A stretch of 63,729 bases of DNA from a virus. Taxonomy: Duplodnaviria; Caudoviricetes. Shown in pieces: positions 28,967 through 37,881 of this stretch. Every line of letters begins with the position of its first letter. Position 1 is the stretch's first letter. A program made the position numbers and the translations under genes. The notes under the pieces are model-generated. The model had not been told where the DNA came from and searched no databases. It saw only the letters and a program-made list of their open reading frames with translations. The stretch is from the IMG/VR virus record IMGVR_UViG_3300032316_001298, positions 1-63,729 of that record; one strand, written 5' to 3'.

Positions 28967-29758
28967 ATGGACTTGACTGCGCTCAGTCGCGTGCCATGGG
29001 TGGCGGACCAGTGGGATCTGGTCGATCTGCAGATTGATCTGCGAGGCGGCGGGGTCTCGGGCTCTTTGCTGGAAAACGGGACGCTGCCGCTGCGGGTCAA
29101 CGATCACTTCCGCGTGGCGGTGGTGTTTTTCGATCCGGTGGGCGTGGCGGTGGATCCGTTGGCCACGCGGTTGCGTTGGAGCGTGCGCGATGAGAAGAAC
29201 GATGAGCCGCTGATGGCGATAACACTGGAACCGGCGGTGGCGGCGACGGATGAGAGCACACCGTATTTTTTGTTGGAACCGGACGCGCGGCGGTTCTCGG
29301 CTCTGGCCACGGAACGGGGTGAGGCGGGCTCGGTGCTGAGATGTGTGGCCGATGTAGATTGGCTGGTAGGGGGCAAGCTGTATTCGAGCCGGACTTTTAC
29401 GGTGGTCATTGAATTGGAGGGCGGAAGTTTCTCAGGAGCGGGAGGTGGTTCACCCCAGCCCGCGCCGACGACACCAACGCCAACGCCGCCGACGACACCA
29501 ACGCCAACGCCACCGACGACACCAACGCCAACGCCGCCGCCGACGACACCAACGCCGCCTACCACGCCGACGCCGCCTACGCCACCGAGTCTTGATGAGA
29601 CGGCAATCCGTGCGCTTTTCGACGTTTGGCTGCTGGGCAAGCTGCCGAGTGAGGCGGGGCTTTTATGGATCCGAAATAGTGGGGAAATTATCGCGGCTAA
29701 CCCTACTCCAGCCCAAAACTTCCGTGAGATGTATGACTTGCTGGCCGCTGGGTCGTGA
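28967..29758 (+). CDS. tail protein paralogous to the C-terminus of 26978..28960, with Pro/Thr linker
   Basis: RVPW..DLQ..CVADVDW..GKLYSSRTF vs RIPW..DLQ..CVADLDW..GKVYSSRSF. Confidence 0.65.
   Translation: MDLTALSRVPWVADQWDLVDLQIDLRGGGVSGSLLENGTLPLRVNDHFRVAVVFFDPVGVAVDPLATRLRWSVRDEKNDEPLMAITLEPAVAATDESTPYFLLEPDARRFSALATERGEAGSVLRCVADVDWLVGGKLYSSRTFTVVIELEGGSFSGAGGGSPQPAPTTPTPTPPTTPTPTPPTTPTPTPPPTTPTPPTTPTPPTPPSLDETAIRALFDVWLLGKLPSEAGLLWIRNSGEIIAANPTPAQNFREMYDLLAAGS
29458..29588 (+). repeat. ~24 bp tandem repeat encoding PTTPTPTP
   Basis: ccgacgacaccaacgccaacgcc(g/a) three times plus degenerate copies. Confidence 0.9.
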
Positions 29759-29808
29759 CGCTGGGGCTGCGGACCCGCTGATTGACAGATCGCTTCAGAT
29801 TAGAGGCC

Positions 29809-30141
29809 ATGATTATCCGCGATTTAAGCATAGCGCGCCGAAGTGACTTTCTTTTGGAGGCGCACTTCTCCCGGGGAACTACGCCAGTGAACATCTCTGG
29901 CTGGAAATTTTGGTTCACGGCGAAGCGGGATCTCAATGACCCGGATATTGGCGCGGTGTTTCAAAAAGTCCTCTCCCCGACTTTTGGCACTTCGGTCAGT
30001 TTTCAGCTCAACGAAAACGACACGGCGGTAGCAGGCGAGTTGTTTTACGACATCAAGGCGTTGAGTCCGGCTGGCTTTGGTGCGCCGATCATGGGCGGCG
30101 CGCTGGCGATCACGCCGGTTGCGACCCTTGCTGCAAGCTGA
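29809..30141 (+). CDS. baseplate/fiber adaptor-like protein
   Basis: PVNISGWKFWFTAK..LFYDI pattern preceding fiber genes. Confidence 0.55.
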   Translation: MIIRDLSIARRSDFLLEAHFSRGTTPVNISGWKFWFTAKRDLNDPDIGAVFQKVLSPTFGTSVSFQLNENDTAVAGELFYDIKALSPAGFGAPIMGGALAITPVATLAAS

Positions 30142-30142
30142 C

Positions 30143-30838
30143 ATGACGCATCTACGTATTGATTTTGACTTCGGGGCCGATGCCACGGTGGAGTCGGTGC
30201 AGTTGCTCGGGGCGACTTTGACCGCAGAGTTCGGCGTGCCTGTTGCTGGTCCTCCCGGAACGACGGACTATACGCAACTCATCAACAAGCCCGACATCCC
30301 TCAAGCGACTTCTCAGACGCCCGTGGCACTTGGCGGCTTTTTGGCACTCGTCGGAACCTCCAGCGAGTATGCTAGAGCAGACCATAAGCATTCCATCGAC
30401 GCTACGGAGCTTAGGTCGCACCTAAACGTGGCGGACGGCGCGGAGCGCAACGTCAACGCTGATTGGACAGCTACAAGTGGCGACGCGCAGATCCTAAACA
30501 AGCCCAGCATCCCCATTGCCTCCTCGACCACCCCCGCCGCGCTAGGAACAGCGGCTGTCGGAACCGGAACTACCTTTGCCAGAGCGGATCACGTTCATGC
30601 GCTGCCTACAGCCTCGGCCATTGGAGCTGCCGCGACATCTCACACCCAAGAGGCATCAACGATTAGTGACTCGACTCCAGTGGGTCGCTCCGTGTTGACC
30701 GCCGCCACCCAAGCAGCGGCTCGCGCGGCGATAGGGGCCGCAAGCGACGCGTCTGCTGGGTTCGTTCAACTTACACAGGCCCAGTTCAATGCGTTGACGG
30801 CCCCCAACGCATCAACGCTTTACGTCATTATCGGCTGA
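30143..30838 (+). CDS. tail fiber protein
   Basis: VGTS..ARADHKH / ARADHVH repeats, NVNADW..GDAQILNKP, C-terminal TLYVII. Confidence 0.75.
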   Translation: MTHLRIDFDFGADATVESVQLLGATLTAEFGVPVAGPPGTTDYTQLINKPDIPQATSQTPVALGGFLALVGTSSEYARADHKHSIDATELRSHLNVADGAERNVNADWTATSGDAQILNKPSIPIASSTTPAALGTAAVGTGTTFARADHVHALPTASAIGAAATSHTQEASTISDSTPVGRSVLTAATQAAARAAIGAASDASAGFVQLTQAQFNALTAPNASTLYVIIG

Positions 30839-33225
30839 TGTCTCTTCTCGGCGCAGCATCTCGTTTGGTGGTTACGGCCCCTCCGGCGGGTCCGGGCTAT
30901 CCCGGCTACGTGGGTGATTACGATAACGGCGCGGACTATGGGATCGGCGACGTGGTGAGCACTCCGGCAGGAAGTCCCTACGGAAGCGCAGGTCAACTTT
31001 TCATCCGTGTTTCTAACCCAAACAACCCAGGCTATCCTCCCGGCACTTCGTCGTGGTCGAGCGTCCCCGGGCCCAATGTTTTTGTTTCTGGCGCGGGGGT
31101 GAGTGGAGCCAACGGTCTTTACGTTGAGGCTGGAGTCTTAAATAGTAAAAAGTTTTATAATTTGCAATCCGGTGGTTATGTCATTGCTTGGGAAAGTCCA
31201 AATTGGGTAATCCGAACCATAAGCAGCGTAACACTTTATACATCAAATAATAATGTTGAGTTTCCTTGGCAGGTGACGACCTGGAGTAGAGCCAGTGGCA
31301 TCGCACCAGTTCCTGCGGCGGTATCGAGCGTCACCCCGACAGTGGATGCAACGGCCATGTATCGCGGCTCGACCAAAATCTGGCCCGTTGTCGATTTGGA
31401 CGCACAGGATTACATCAACCGAGTCGAAGCTGCGGATTCGGCTGCCCTCGGGGGAACGCAGACCCTTGAACAAGGAGTAAAGGACGCGATCAACGCCTTT
31501 GTCATTGGCTGCAAAAGGGACGGTATCTGGGGAAAAATTTCTAATGCCGCTATCCTGTGTGGGGCAAGGTCTTTGCAAGGAGCGCTTTGTAAGTTGACGG
31601 GATATTCACCATCTGCGCCCGTGTCCTATGGCTTTGTTCAGTCAGACTACAGCCGAACTCTTGGTTTGCTTGGAGCGAGTAGTTCAACTGCTGGCAAATA
31701 TATCGACACCCGAGAGCCTGTTAGCTTCACAAATTATGAGCAGTTTCCCGATAGTTCGGTCCATGCTGCTGCTTTTGTAGGGAATACTCATAACGGGGTA
31801 ATCATGGGCAGCGCGGACGCGCCCACCATCGCTCAAATCGGACTACGACCTTTTTCAACGAGTTTTGCGTTTTTCAGAGCCCGTGACAGCCGAGCCGTTT
31901 TTGCCGCATCTGGAACATTTAGCGCGGGATTCGTCATGGCCGAAAGACAGTTTGCCAACGATGCCGTTTGGTCACACCACAGTGGTGCGACAACTCTGAC
32001 CGAGAGCACTGCCGTTAATCTGGCTCCCTACTCAACAACCATTCCGAATAACACTGTTTGGTTGTTTCGACGGAATCAAGGTGGCCAAACTACGACGGCT
32101 GCACAATTTTCCGGACGCATCCTTTACTACAGCCTTGGAAGAAGTATTACGGACGTTCCCTCAACACCAGCTTACTATTTTGGCGGCTCGGGAAGATCGG
32201 ACATGGACGGCTTTGCCTTCACAGGCGTTTACAAACAAAACGGACCAAATTCGTTTATTCTTCAAGATCCCGATGCCCCTGACATAACTCTCGCACTTCG
32301 GGAATATGACGATTTAACAAACCGCCAGAGGTATGTGTTGACTGCCCTCATGGAGGCGGGGGCCGAATTTCCTTGGCCGAAGACAGAGGTATATGTGGGC
32401 ATGGCTAGCGAACCTCCCCAGAGTGCCGTTGATCCATTTCTAAATAGCGTGTCACTGCTTCTTCCAATGAACGCTTCTTTTGCGGATTTTTCCAGTAATA
32501 ATGTTGCATTAACAGTTAATGGAAACGCCGCAATTAGAACAGACCAAACGCGATTTGGTGGCGGTGCTGGCTATTTCGGTTTTAGTAACAGTTATCTTAC
32601 AGCCTCTAGCAGTTCATTATTTGGTTTTGGCACTGGCGACTTTACGATTGAGATGTGGATTTATCCACAAGGAACAACCTCATTTCAAGGAGCTTTCAAT
32701 GTCGGTACTTATGCTAACGGTATTTTAATCAGATGGCACGCAAATAGTGTTGTAGATTCGTTATATATTAACGGCACTTATTATGATTGGCAACCAGCCA
32801 CATATGCACCAAGAAATACATGGTCACATATTGCCCTCGTTAGATATGGCGGCACTGTAAAAATGTTTGTCAATGGCGTAAATAGAATTGGTAGCGTAAC
32901 GAATACTGCAAATATTGGAGCGAGCGGAGTTCCAGTTATCGGAGCTAGTGCGCACGATTTGGGCCAAGGTTTCAATGGATATATTGACGATTTAAGAGTC
33001 ACAAAAGGGGTCGCTAGATATACCGCCGATTTTACACCAAACAGTGTATCTGGAAGTAGCTTCGTGGACCCTAGCGGCCCTTATCAGCGTATTGCGGGAG
33101 CCGTTTCGGCCACTGAGAGCGTTTACGTCACGAACGATCAGCGGACCCTACTCGGTAGCACCGAGTCCATCTACAAGGCCCGTGTGGACGCACTCATTGC
33201 GGGCATCCAAGGATCAATCGTATGA
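30838..33225 (+). CDS. mosaic tail fiber/receptor-binding protein with LamG (ConA-like) domain
   Basis: FGTGDFTIEMWIY, TWSHIALVR, FNGYIDDLRVTKGVARY. Confidence 0.8.
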   Translation: MSLLGAASRLVVTAPPAGPGYPGYVGDYDNGADYGIGDVVSTPAGSPYGSAGQLFIRVSNPNNPGYPPGTSSWSSVPGPNVFVSGAGVSGANGLYVEAGVLNSKKFYNLQSGGYVIAWESPNWVIRTISSVTLYTSNNNVEFPWQVTTWSRASGIAPVPAAVSSVTPTVDATAMYRGSTKIWPVVDLDAQDYINRVEAADSAALGGTQTLEQGVKDAINAFVIGCKRDGIWGKISNAAILCGARSLQGALCKLTGYSPSAPVSYGFVQSDYSRTLGLLGASSSTAGKYIDTREPVSFTNYEQFPDSSVHAAAFVGNTHNGVIMGSADAPTIAQIGLRPFSTSFAFFRARDSRAVFAASGTFSAGFVMAERQFANDAVWSHHSGATTLTESTAVNLAPYSTTIPNNTVWLFRRNQGGQTTTAAQFSGRILYYSLGRSITDVPSTPAYYFGGSGRSDMDGFAFTGVYKQNGPNSFILQDPDAPDITLALREYDDLTNRQRYVLTALMEAGAEFPWPKTEVYVGMASEPPQSAVDPFLNSVSLLLPMNASFADFSSNNVALTVNGNAAIRTDQTRFGGGAGYFGFSNSYLTASSSSLFGFGTGDFTIEMWIYPQGTTSFQGAFNVGTYANGILIRWHANSVVDSLYINGTYYDWQPATYAPRNTWSHIALVRYGGTVKMFVNGVNRIGSVTNTANIGASGVPVIGASAHDLGQGFNGYIDDLRVTKGVARYTADFTPNSVSGSSFVDPSGPYQRIAGAVSATESVYVTNDQRTLLGSTESIYKARVDALIAGIQGSIV

Positions 33226-33530
33226 CCCTCGCCGAACATTTTATAGACCCGCAGCCGCTTGAAGGGCGGGTCTTGGTTTTTTCCGAGGAGCTGAAGAATA
33301 CCCTCTTATCAATCCAAGAGGCGAACCCTCTGCCGTATCGAGTTTCGCCGCAGCCGATCACGGATGGCCGCTATGTGTTGTCCGCAGACGTTCTTTCGGA
33401 GATCGGTGAGCGCGGGATGTTTCGAGAGAATTTCCAGCGCCTGCCGCAAGAGTTGTTTGCACAGGTGGAGATGGTGCTCATGAGCGAGATCGAAGCTCTG
33501 CTGCCCGAAGACCATGAGGGCGGCGGCTGA
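33222..33530 (+). CDS. hypothetical (fiber-associated) protein
   Basis: ATGA-coupled to fiber gene. Confidence 0.6.
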   Translation: MTLAEHFIDPQPLEGRVLVFSEELKNTLLSIQEANPLPYRVSPQPITDGRYVLSADVLSEIGERGMFRENFQRLPQELFAQVEMVLMSEIEALLPEDHEGGG

Positions 33531-33550
33531 ATTGACACTCGGCGGGAGGT

Positions 33551-33712
33551 ATGAACTACCTACTCGACCGGTTGCGTGAGGATTCGACATGGCGGGGCAT
33601 TCTCATGCTCCTGACCGCCGCTGGAGTGAGTTTGGATCCCTCGCAGGCCAATGCCATCATTGCGGTGGGGTTGTCTCTCGTCGGCCTGATCAATGTGCTG
33701 CGCAAAGGTTGA
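33551..33712 (+). CDS. holin (two TM segments)
   Basis: Manually translated MNYLLDRLREDSTWRGILMLLTAAGVSLDPSQANAIIAVGLSLVGLINVLRKG, upstream of endolysin. Confidence 0.75.
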   Translation: MNYLLDRLREDSTWRGILMLLTAAGVSLDPSQANAIIAVGLSLVGLINVLRKG

Positions 33713-33718
33713 GCTGCC

Positions 33719-33859
33719 ATGCGTCTCGCCGTGGCGGTTTTGTTTTTGTTCCCTCTCGCGGGCTGCGAGGGGGTGAAGGTTGGCACGGGCTATAAGTTCG
33801 ATTCGCGGGAGTTCTTCCTGCAAATCGAGCGGCCCTTGGAGCCGGGACTTAAAAAGTGA
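33719..33859 (+). CDS. small lipoprotein in lysis cassette
   Basis: Manually translated MRLAVAVLFLFPLAGC.. with LAGC lipobox; stop overlaps the endolysin GTG. Confidence 0.7.
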   Translation: MRLAVAVLFLFPLAGCEGVKVGTGYKFDSREFFLQIERPLEPGLKK

Positions 33860-34461
33860 ACGTGCTCTCATGGTTGAGGAACTTATTCGCGGGCTACGCG
33901 GCTGGCCCGAATCCGACCGCCGCGCTGTCGCTCTCGCCCTCGTCGAGCGTCTTAACCTCGGCGATCTCGCGGAAGTCTTTGCCGCTGCACACCAGCGGAT
34001 CCGGGCGGAAGCCGAGCGGCGAAGAATGGCGGGCGGACGAGAGGAGTGAGCGGAATATCGCAACCTTGGAGCCGGTGACGGCGAAGCTGGCGCGGGAGCA
34101 TTTGCGGCGTCTGGCGGATAAGGGGTTAAATTTCAAAGTGACGAGCGCCCGCCGGACATTCCAGGAGCAGGCGCGGCTATATGCAAAGGGGCGCACGGCG
34201 CCAGGACCGCGGGTGACGAATGCCCGCGCGGGGTATTCTTGGCACAATTTTGGGACGGCCTATGATTTGACGCTTTTCAGCGGTAAAAATCCTGTGTGGG
34301 ATTCCAAACACTACGATACGGCGGGGCGGATCGGGGAGGAGCTGGGCTTGGAGTGGGGGGGGCGCTGGACGAAGCTGGTGGATCGGCCCCATTTCCAGCG
34401 CAGGCTGGGGCTGACGCTGGCTGCGGCGCGCGCTAGGTATCCGCAGGGACAGGTGGGTTGA
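33856..34461 (+). CDS. endolysin, M15 family L-Ala-D-Glu-type peptidase
   Basis: R..QEQARLY..GRT, SWHNFGTAYD, LEWGGRW, DRPHFQ. Confidence 0.92.
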   Translation: MNVLSWLRNLFAGYAAGPNPTAALSLSPSSSVLTSAISRKSLPLHTSGSGRKPSGEEWRADERSERNIATLEPVTAKLAREHLRRLADKGLNFKVTSARRTFQEQARLYAKGRTAPGPRVTNARAGYSWHNFGTAYDLTLFSGKNPVWDSKHYDTAGRIGEELGLEWGGRWTKLVDRPHFQRRLGLTLAAARARYPQGQVG

Positions 34462-34660
34462 GGTTTGGAAGTTGAAAACTCTCGAGGCCGTAAGTGATTT
34501 TAAGGCGATTCTCGGCTGCTATTCTCAGAATATCGCGGATGTATTCGGAACGCTTCAGTCCGTTGGCACCGGCCAGGGCCTCGATGCGCTGCAGGGTGCG
34601 CTGGTCGATGCGGATGGTCAGGGTCTCCGTGCAGAGGTCTTCACTGGTGTGATTTCTCAT
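34433..34660 (-). CDS. ribbon-helix-helix (CopG-like) regulator
   Basis: TLTIRID..IEALA..KRSEYIRDIL. Confidence 0.75.
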   Translation of the reverse strand: MRNHTSEDLCTETLTIRIDQRTLQRIEALAGANGLKRSEYIRDILRIAAENRLKITYGLESFQLPNLNPPVPADT

Positions 34661-34771
34661 TACAAGAACTGTCGCTCAGTTCTGTCGGCGGGTCAAAGTT
34701 TTTTTGCATTTTTCCGCTTGCGTTGGCACGAATGCGGATTTATCACAAAACTATCACGAAACAACGATGCT

Positions 34772-34927
34772 ATGAATAGCGATCTAGCAACAATAGTCAT
34801 TGGGGACTTTCCCTCAGATGCCGCAGATTTTCTGCGGGCGGAGGCGGAAGCGGCCGGAACAAGTCTCTCGGATGTGTGTGAAGGAATTTTGCTGGCGCAT
34901 GTGGAGCGGAAGGAGCAGGAATCATGA
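34772..34927 (+). CDS. small RHH/Arc-like regulator, divergent from 34433..34660
   Basis: IVIGDFP..LRAEAEAAGTSLSDVCEGIL. Confidence 0.55.
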   Translation: MNSDLATIVIGDFPSDAADFLRAEAEAAGTSLSDVCEGILLAHVERKEQES

Positions 34928-35307
34928 GCAAGCTGTGCAAAAAATTAGCACCGCAAGATGCGGTGCAGGCGATTTCGCGGTGGGGAGAAAACAAGCCGGT
35001 GCGATTAGCGGGATTTGCCGCGGCAATAGGTTTGTCTTACGACGCGGCGCGGACGATCACGCTGCAGCCGGGGTTCCCGAAAGTCGGGCAGTGGATCTTC
35101 CGCGAGGATTTCGAGGCTTGGCGGCGCGAGCAGGTGAAGGCGGCGGCGCGGATCGCGGCGGCTGATGTGCCGCATCCATCTGCGAAGACCAGACGCGCAA
35201 GTCGTCCACGTTCACGCGCTGGTAAATCCTATGAATCGTCAGGCTCGCATGATTCACCAGACGCATGGCCACCGAGAGCGGCACGTTTGCTCGAGCGAGC
35301 CGGGTGA
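34924..35307 (+). CDS. excisionase-like HTH protein
   Basis: LAGFAAAIGLSYD..PGFP..IFREDFEAW; converges on integrase. Confidence 0.6.
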   Translation: MSKLCKKLAPQDAVQAISRWGENKPVRLAGFAAAIGLSYDAARTITLQPGFPKVGQWIFREDFEAWRREQVKAAARIAAADVPHPSAKTRRASRPRSRAGKSYESSGSHDSPDAWPPRAARLLERAG

Positions 35308-36196
35308 TAAAGGTGACGCGGCAACAATGAAAACAATGATGCGGCAAATCCAAGGAATTGAAAAAGAATCGCCAGTCTTTCGAGGGACACTCGGGGAAGT
35401 CGACTGTGTAGCGCGTGCCCGCTTGCAGAAGCTCCTCGAAGAGCGCGCGCAGGCTTTGAGGCAGAGGGATGCTGTAGGCGCGGCGGCGCCCGCCTTTGGG
35501 CGCAGGAAAGTGGAGAGTAGCACGCTCCAAGTCGACTTGGGTGCGGAGGTCAATGCGGGTCTCCCGCAGGCGGCAGCCCGTGGCCATACTTATGCGGAAG
35601 GCGCGGCGCATCCAAACGGGCTGAGTGAGGAGCGCGGTTTCAATAAGGCGTTGCTCGGCCTCGTTGATCTCGGGTTTCTCAGCGATGGCGTCGTAGCATG
35701 CTCGGAAGGAATCGAAGACGTTGCGATCAACCAAGCTTCGGACTTTGGCCTCGTTGAGCAAGGTCTTGAGCATTTTGACCTCGCCAGTGGCGGTGTTGTG
35801 GGCGATGTGCTTGCCAGCGGGCCTTTTGTGCGCCGTGCGCCAACGGAGATACGCCTGAGCATGCTCATGGCGAAGGGCGCGCGGATGCGCGAGCTTTTGC
35901 TCGCGGAGATAGAGCGAAAGGTTCCGCCAGCGCAACTCGTAGGCCTCAAGCGTTCGTGGAGCGCGCGCGATGGATTCCAGGAAGGAGGGGACCCAATCCC
36001 ATCCGCTGGCGAGAGCGTGGCGTCCGGCAGGGGCAGACTTTTCGGCGTAGGTGTATTTGGCGAGCAGGGCGGAGGCTCGGCGGCGGTCGTCGGGGTCGTC
36101 AGCGCGCAAGCCGGTGCTGATGTGCCGCCGCTGACCGGACTCGAAAAACGAGAGGTAGTAATAGGGCGAGCGAGGTCGTCGGTAGAGCGAGGCCAT
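35057..36196 (-). CDS. int: tyrosine integrase
   Basis: N-terminal arm-binding domain (SLYRRPRSPYY..STG), TGCR, HCCR, LVNH, IYQR catalytic motifs. Confidence 0.92.
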   Translation of the reverse strand: MASLYRRPRSPYYYLSFFESGQRRHISTGLRADDPDDRRRASALLAKYTYAEKSAPAGRHALASGWDWVPSFLESIARAPRTLEAYELRWRNLSLYLREQKLAHPRALRHEHAQAYLRWRTAHKRPAGKHIAHNTATGEVKMLKTLLNEAKVRSLVDRNVFDSFRACYDAIAEKPEINEAEQRLIETALLTQPVWMRRAFRISMATGCRLRETRIDLRTQVDLERATLHFPAPKGGRRRAYSIPLPQSLRALFEELLQAGTRYTVDFPECPSKDWRFFFNSLDLPHHCFHCCRVTFITRLARANVPLSVAMRLVNHASLTIHRIYQRVNVDDLRVWSSQMDAAHQPPRSAPPPSPARAAKPRNPRGRSTARLSGTPAAA

Positions 36197-36220
36197 GGGG
36201 AGTCTAAAACTGCGTTAGCA

Positions 36221-36389
36221 GTGCAGCGCTGTGCAGCAAACATAGACTCAGATACCCCCGCAAACAACTAAATCCACAGAGAAAAATGCAAATGTTATCT
36301 CGTATAAAAATGATGCCCCCCGTTGCGTCGGTTCGATTCCGTCCCCCGCCTTCTTCTGTTAGTGCAGCGCAAAAAAGGAAAAGTGCAGC
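36221..36389. other. attP: tRNA 3'-end-like core flanked by GTGCAGC arm-type repeats
   Basis: gcgtcggttcgattccgtcccccgcct (36325-36351) with T-loop; GTGCAGC at 36221, 36231, 36362, 36383. Confidence 0.7.
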
Positions 36390-36437
36390 ACTTCGGCCCT
36401 TCGGACCTCTAAACCGAATTCCTCGGAGGAGGCGGCC

Positions 36438-36599
36438 GTGAGCGAGTATTTCGCGGTTGTTTTGATCGCCTTGGCCATCGGCGCGGCAGGGGCATTGTGC
36501 ATTTTTTCGGCTTATGACATAGGCGTTCATCGAGGTCGCCATCAGGGCATTGAGCAGGAGCGGCGGCGGCGCTGGTTTTCTCCGGAGGATCGGCCATGA
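36438..36599 (+). CDS. small membrane protein
   Basis: GGAGGAGG RBS; manually translated MSEYFAVVLIALAIGAAGALCIF.. Confidence 0.6.
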   Translation: MSEYFAVVLIALAIGAAGALCIFSAYDIGVHRGRHQGIEQERRRRWFSPEDRP

Positions 36600-36772
36600 G
36601 GGATGTGCGCAGGCATTGGCTGTCGGCGGTGCAGGAGATGATGCGGCAAACGCGTCTGCCTTTCCGTGAGTGTTGTAAGCGTATCGGATCCCGTGGTGGG
36701 CAGGCGGCGGCGGCGCAACAACGGGGGATGGCCAAGCGCCGGATGCGTGAGGAGGCGCAGGGCTTGCGATGA
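36596..36772 (+). CDS. small basic protein
   Basis: ATGA overlaps at both ends. Confidence 0.55.
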   Translation: MRDVRRHWLSAVQEMMRQTRLPFRECCKRIGSRGGQAAAAQQRGMAKRRMREEAQGLR

Positions 36773-37518
36773 ATATGGTGTCATCGGATTTGCCTTATGA
36801 GGCTCGAGCGGAGGGGATGCGGCGTATCGCGGAGGCGCGGATGCTGGAGTGGCTGGATGAGTTGCCCCGCGAGGAGCGGGATCTTGTCTTGCTCAGTCCT
36901 GCTTATGGCAAGGTGGCGGATCGGTGGTATGAGCTGACGGCGGCGGAGAAGTTGGCTTTGGTGCATGGGGAATTGGCGTCGCGGTCGGATGCGGGCCTGG
37001 ATGAGGATGTCGCGAATTCATCGAGGGCTTCTTACGTGGTGGATATGGCAGCTGCGCTGGATTCGCTGGCCGATGAGTTGCAGGAACAGTTCGGCTTTGA
37101 TCGGGAGACGGCAGTGGCGCTCGCGAAATGGGATGAGCAGGAGGCTCGCCCTCGTGGATTGGCCTACTCGGATTGGCTTCTTAACAAGGTGCTGCAGCGG
37201 CTTGCGGCAGCAACGAATGCCAAGGTGGCGTCGGTGGCGGTGGCCTTTGCGCTGTCGGTGCCTGAGGTCTGGATCATGCGGCATGTCACGGACGAGAATG
37301 GTTCTCGGCGGATGCGTCGGGTGCCTTGTCGAACGCAGATGTCGGCGGCGCAGGCGCTTGCGACGACGCGGCAAAATCTCTCCAAGGAGGTGCGTAAGGC
37401 GGCAGAGTTTTTAGGAATCAGTGAGGGTCTGCACATGAAGACGCCGGGGGCGGTGGAGTCGTTCCGGCGCGCGCAGACAGGCAATCATTGGCGGCATCGA
37501 GTGTTTGGGTGGAACTGA
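36769..37518 (+). CDS. putative transcription factor with C-terminal HTH
   Basis: TQMSAAQALATTRQNLSKEVRKA. Confidence 0.6.
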   Translation: MNMVSSDLPYEARAEGMRRIAEARMLEWLDELPREERDLVLLSPAYGKVADRWYELTAAEKLALVHGELASRSDAGLDEDVANSSRASYVVDMAAALDSLADELQEQFGFDRETAVALAKWDEQEARPRGLAYSDWLLNKVLQRLAAATNAKVASVAVAFALSVPEVWIMRHVTDENGSRRMRRVPCRTQMSAAQALATTRQNLSKEVRKAAEFLGISEGLHMKTPGAVESFRRAQTGNHWRHRVFGWN

Positions 37519-37519
37519 T

Positions 37520-37876
37520 ATGGATATCATCGACCCACAGGATCATCAACGGAAGGTCGCGGATTTGCGCGAGCGATTCGGTTTCCGGCAGGACTTGGCG
37601 GAGCGCGTGGTCGAGATGCATGAGCGTCGGCTGCGCGCGGAGGCGCGCAATTACAACGCGTGGCTGATGAATAAGCTGATCGTGCGGTTGTCGGGCGCGC
37701 GGGAGCCGCGGCTGGCGGCTTTCTCGGTAGCTCTGGCGCTGCGTGTGTGGGTCTTTATGCGGAGGTCGCTGCTGAAAACGACACAACAGACAGCGGAGTA
37801 TCTGGGCGTGGATGAGCATTTGTTGGCCGAGGAAGTGCGCCGCTCAACGGATTGGATGGAAATGCGCCGGGACTAA
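37520..37876 (+). CDS. truncated paralog of 36769..37518
   Basis: LRERFGF..WLMNKLIVRL..ALALRV vs LQEQFGF..WLLNKVLQRL..AFALSV. Confidence 0.65.
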   Translation: MDIIDPQDHQRKVADLRERFGFRQDLAERVVEMHERRLRAEARNYNAWLMNKLIVRLSGAREPRLAAFSVALALRVWVFMRRSLLKTTQQTAEYLGVDEHLLAEEVRRSTDWMEMRRD

Positions 37877-37881
37877 TTTTT

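Noticed and set aside
23436-33225. Diversity-generating retroelement or invertible fiber cassette
   Set aside because: No reverse transcriptase or invertase seen; paralogy is only at diverged protein level, with no adenine-specific TR/VR pair noticed.
35165-36271. 368 aa ORF antisense to the integrase
   Set aside because: Shadow frame typical of high-GC genes; no motifs or RBS.
36300-36360. Possible tRNA gene
   Set aside because: Only the T-arm and 3' acceptor side are present, with no D-arm or 5' strand; treated as attP core.
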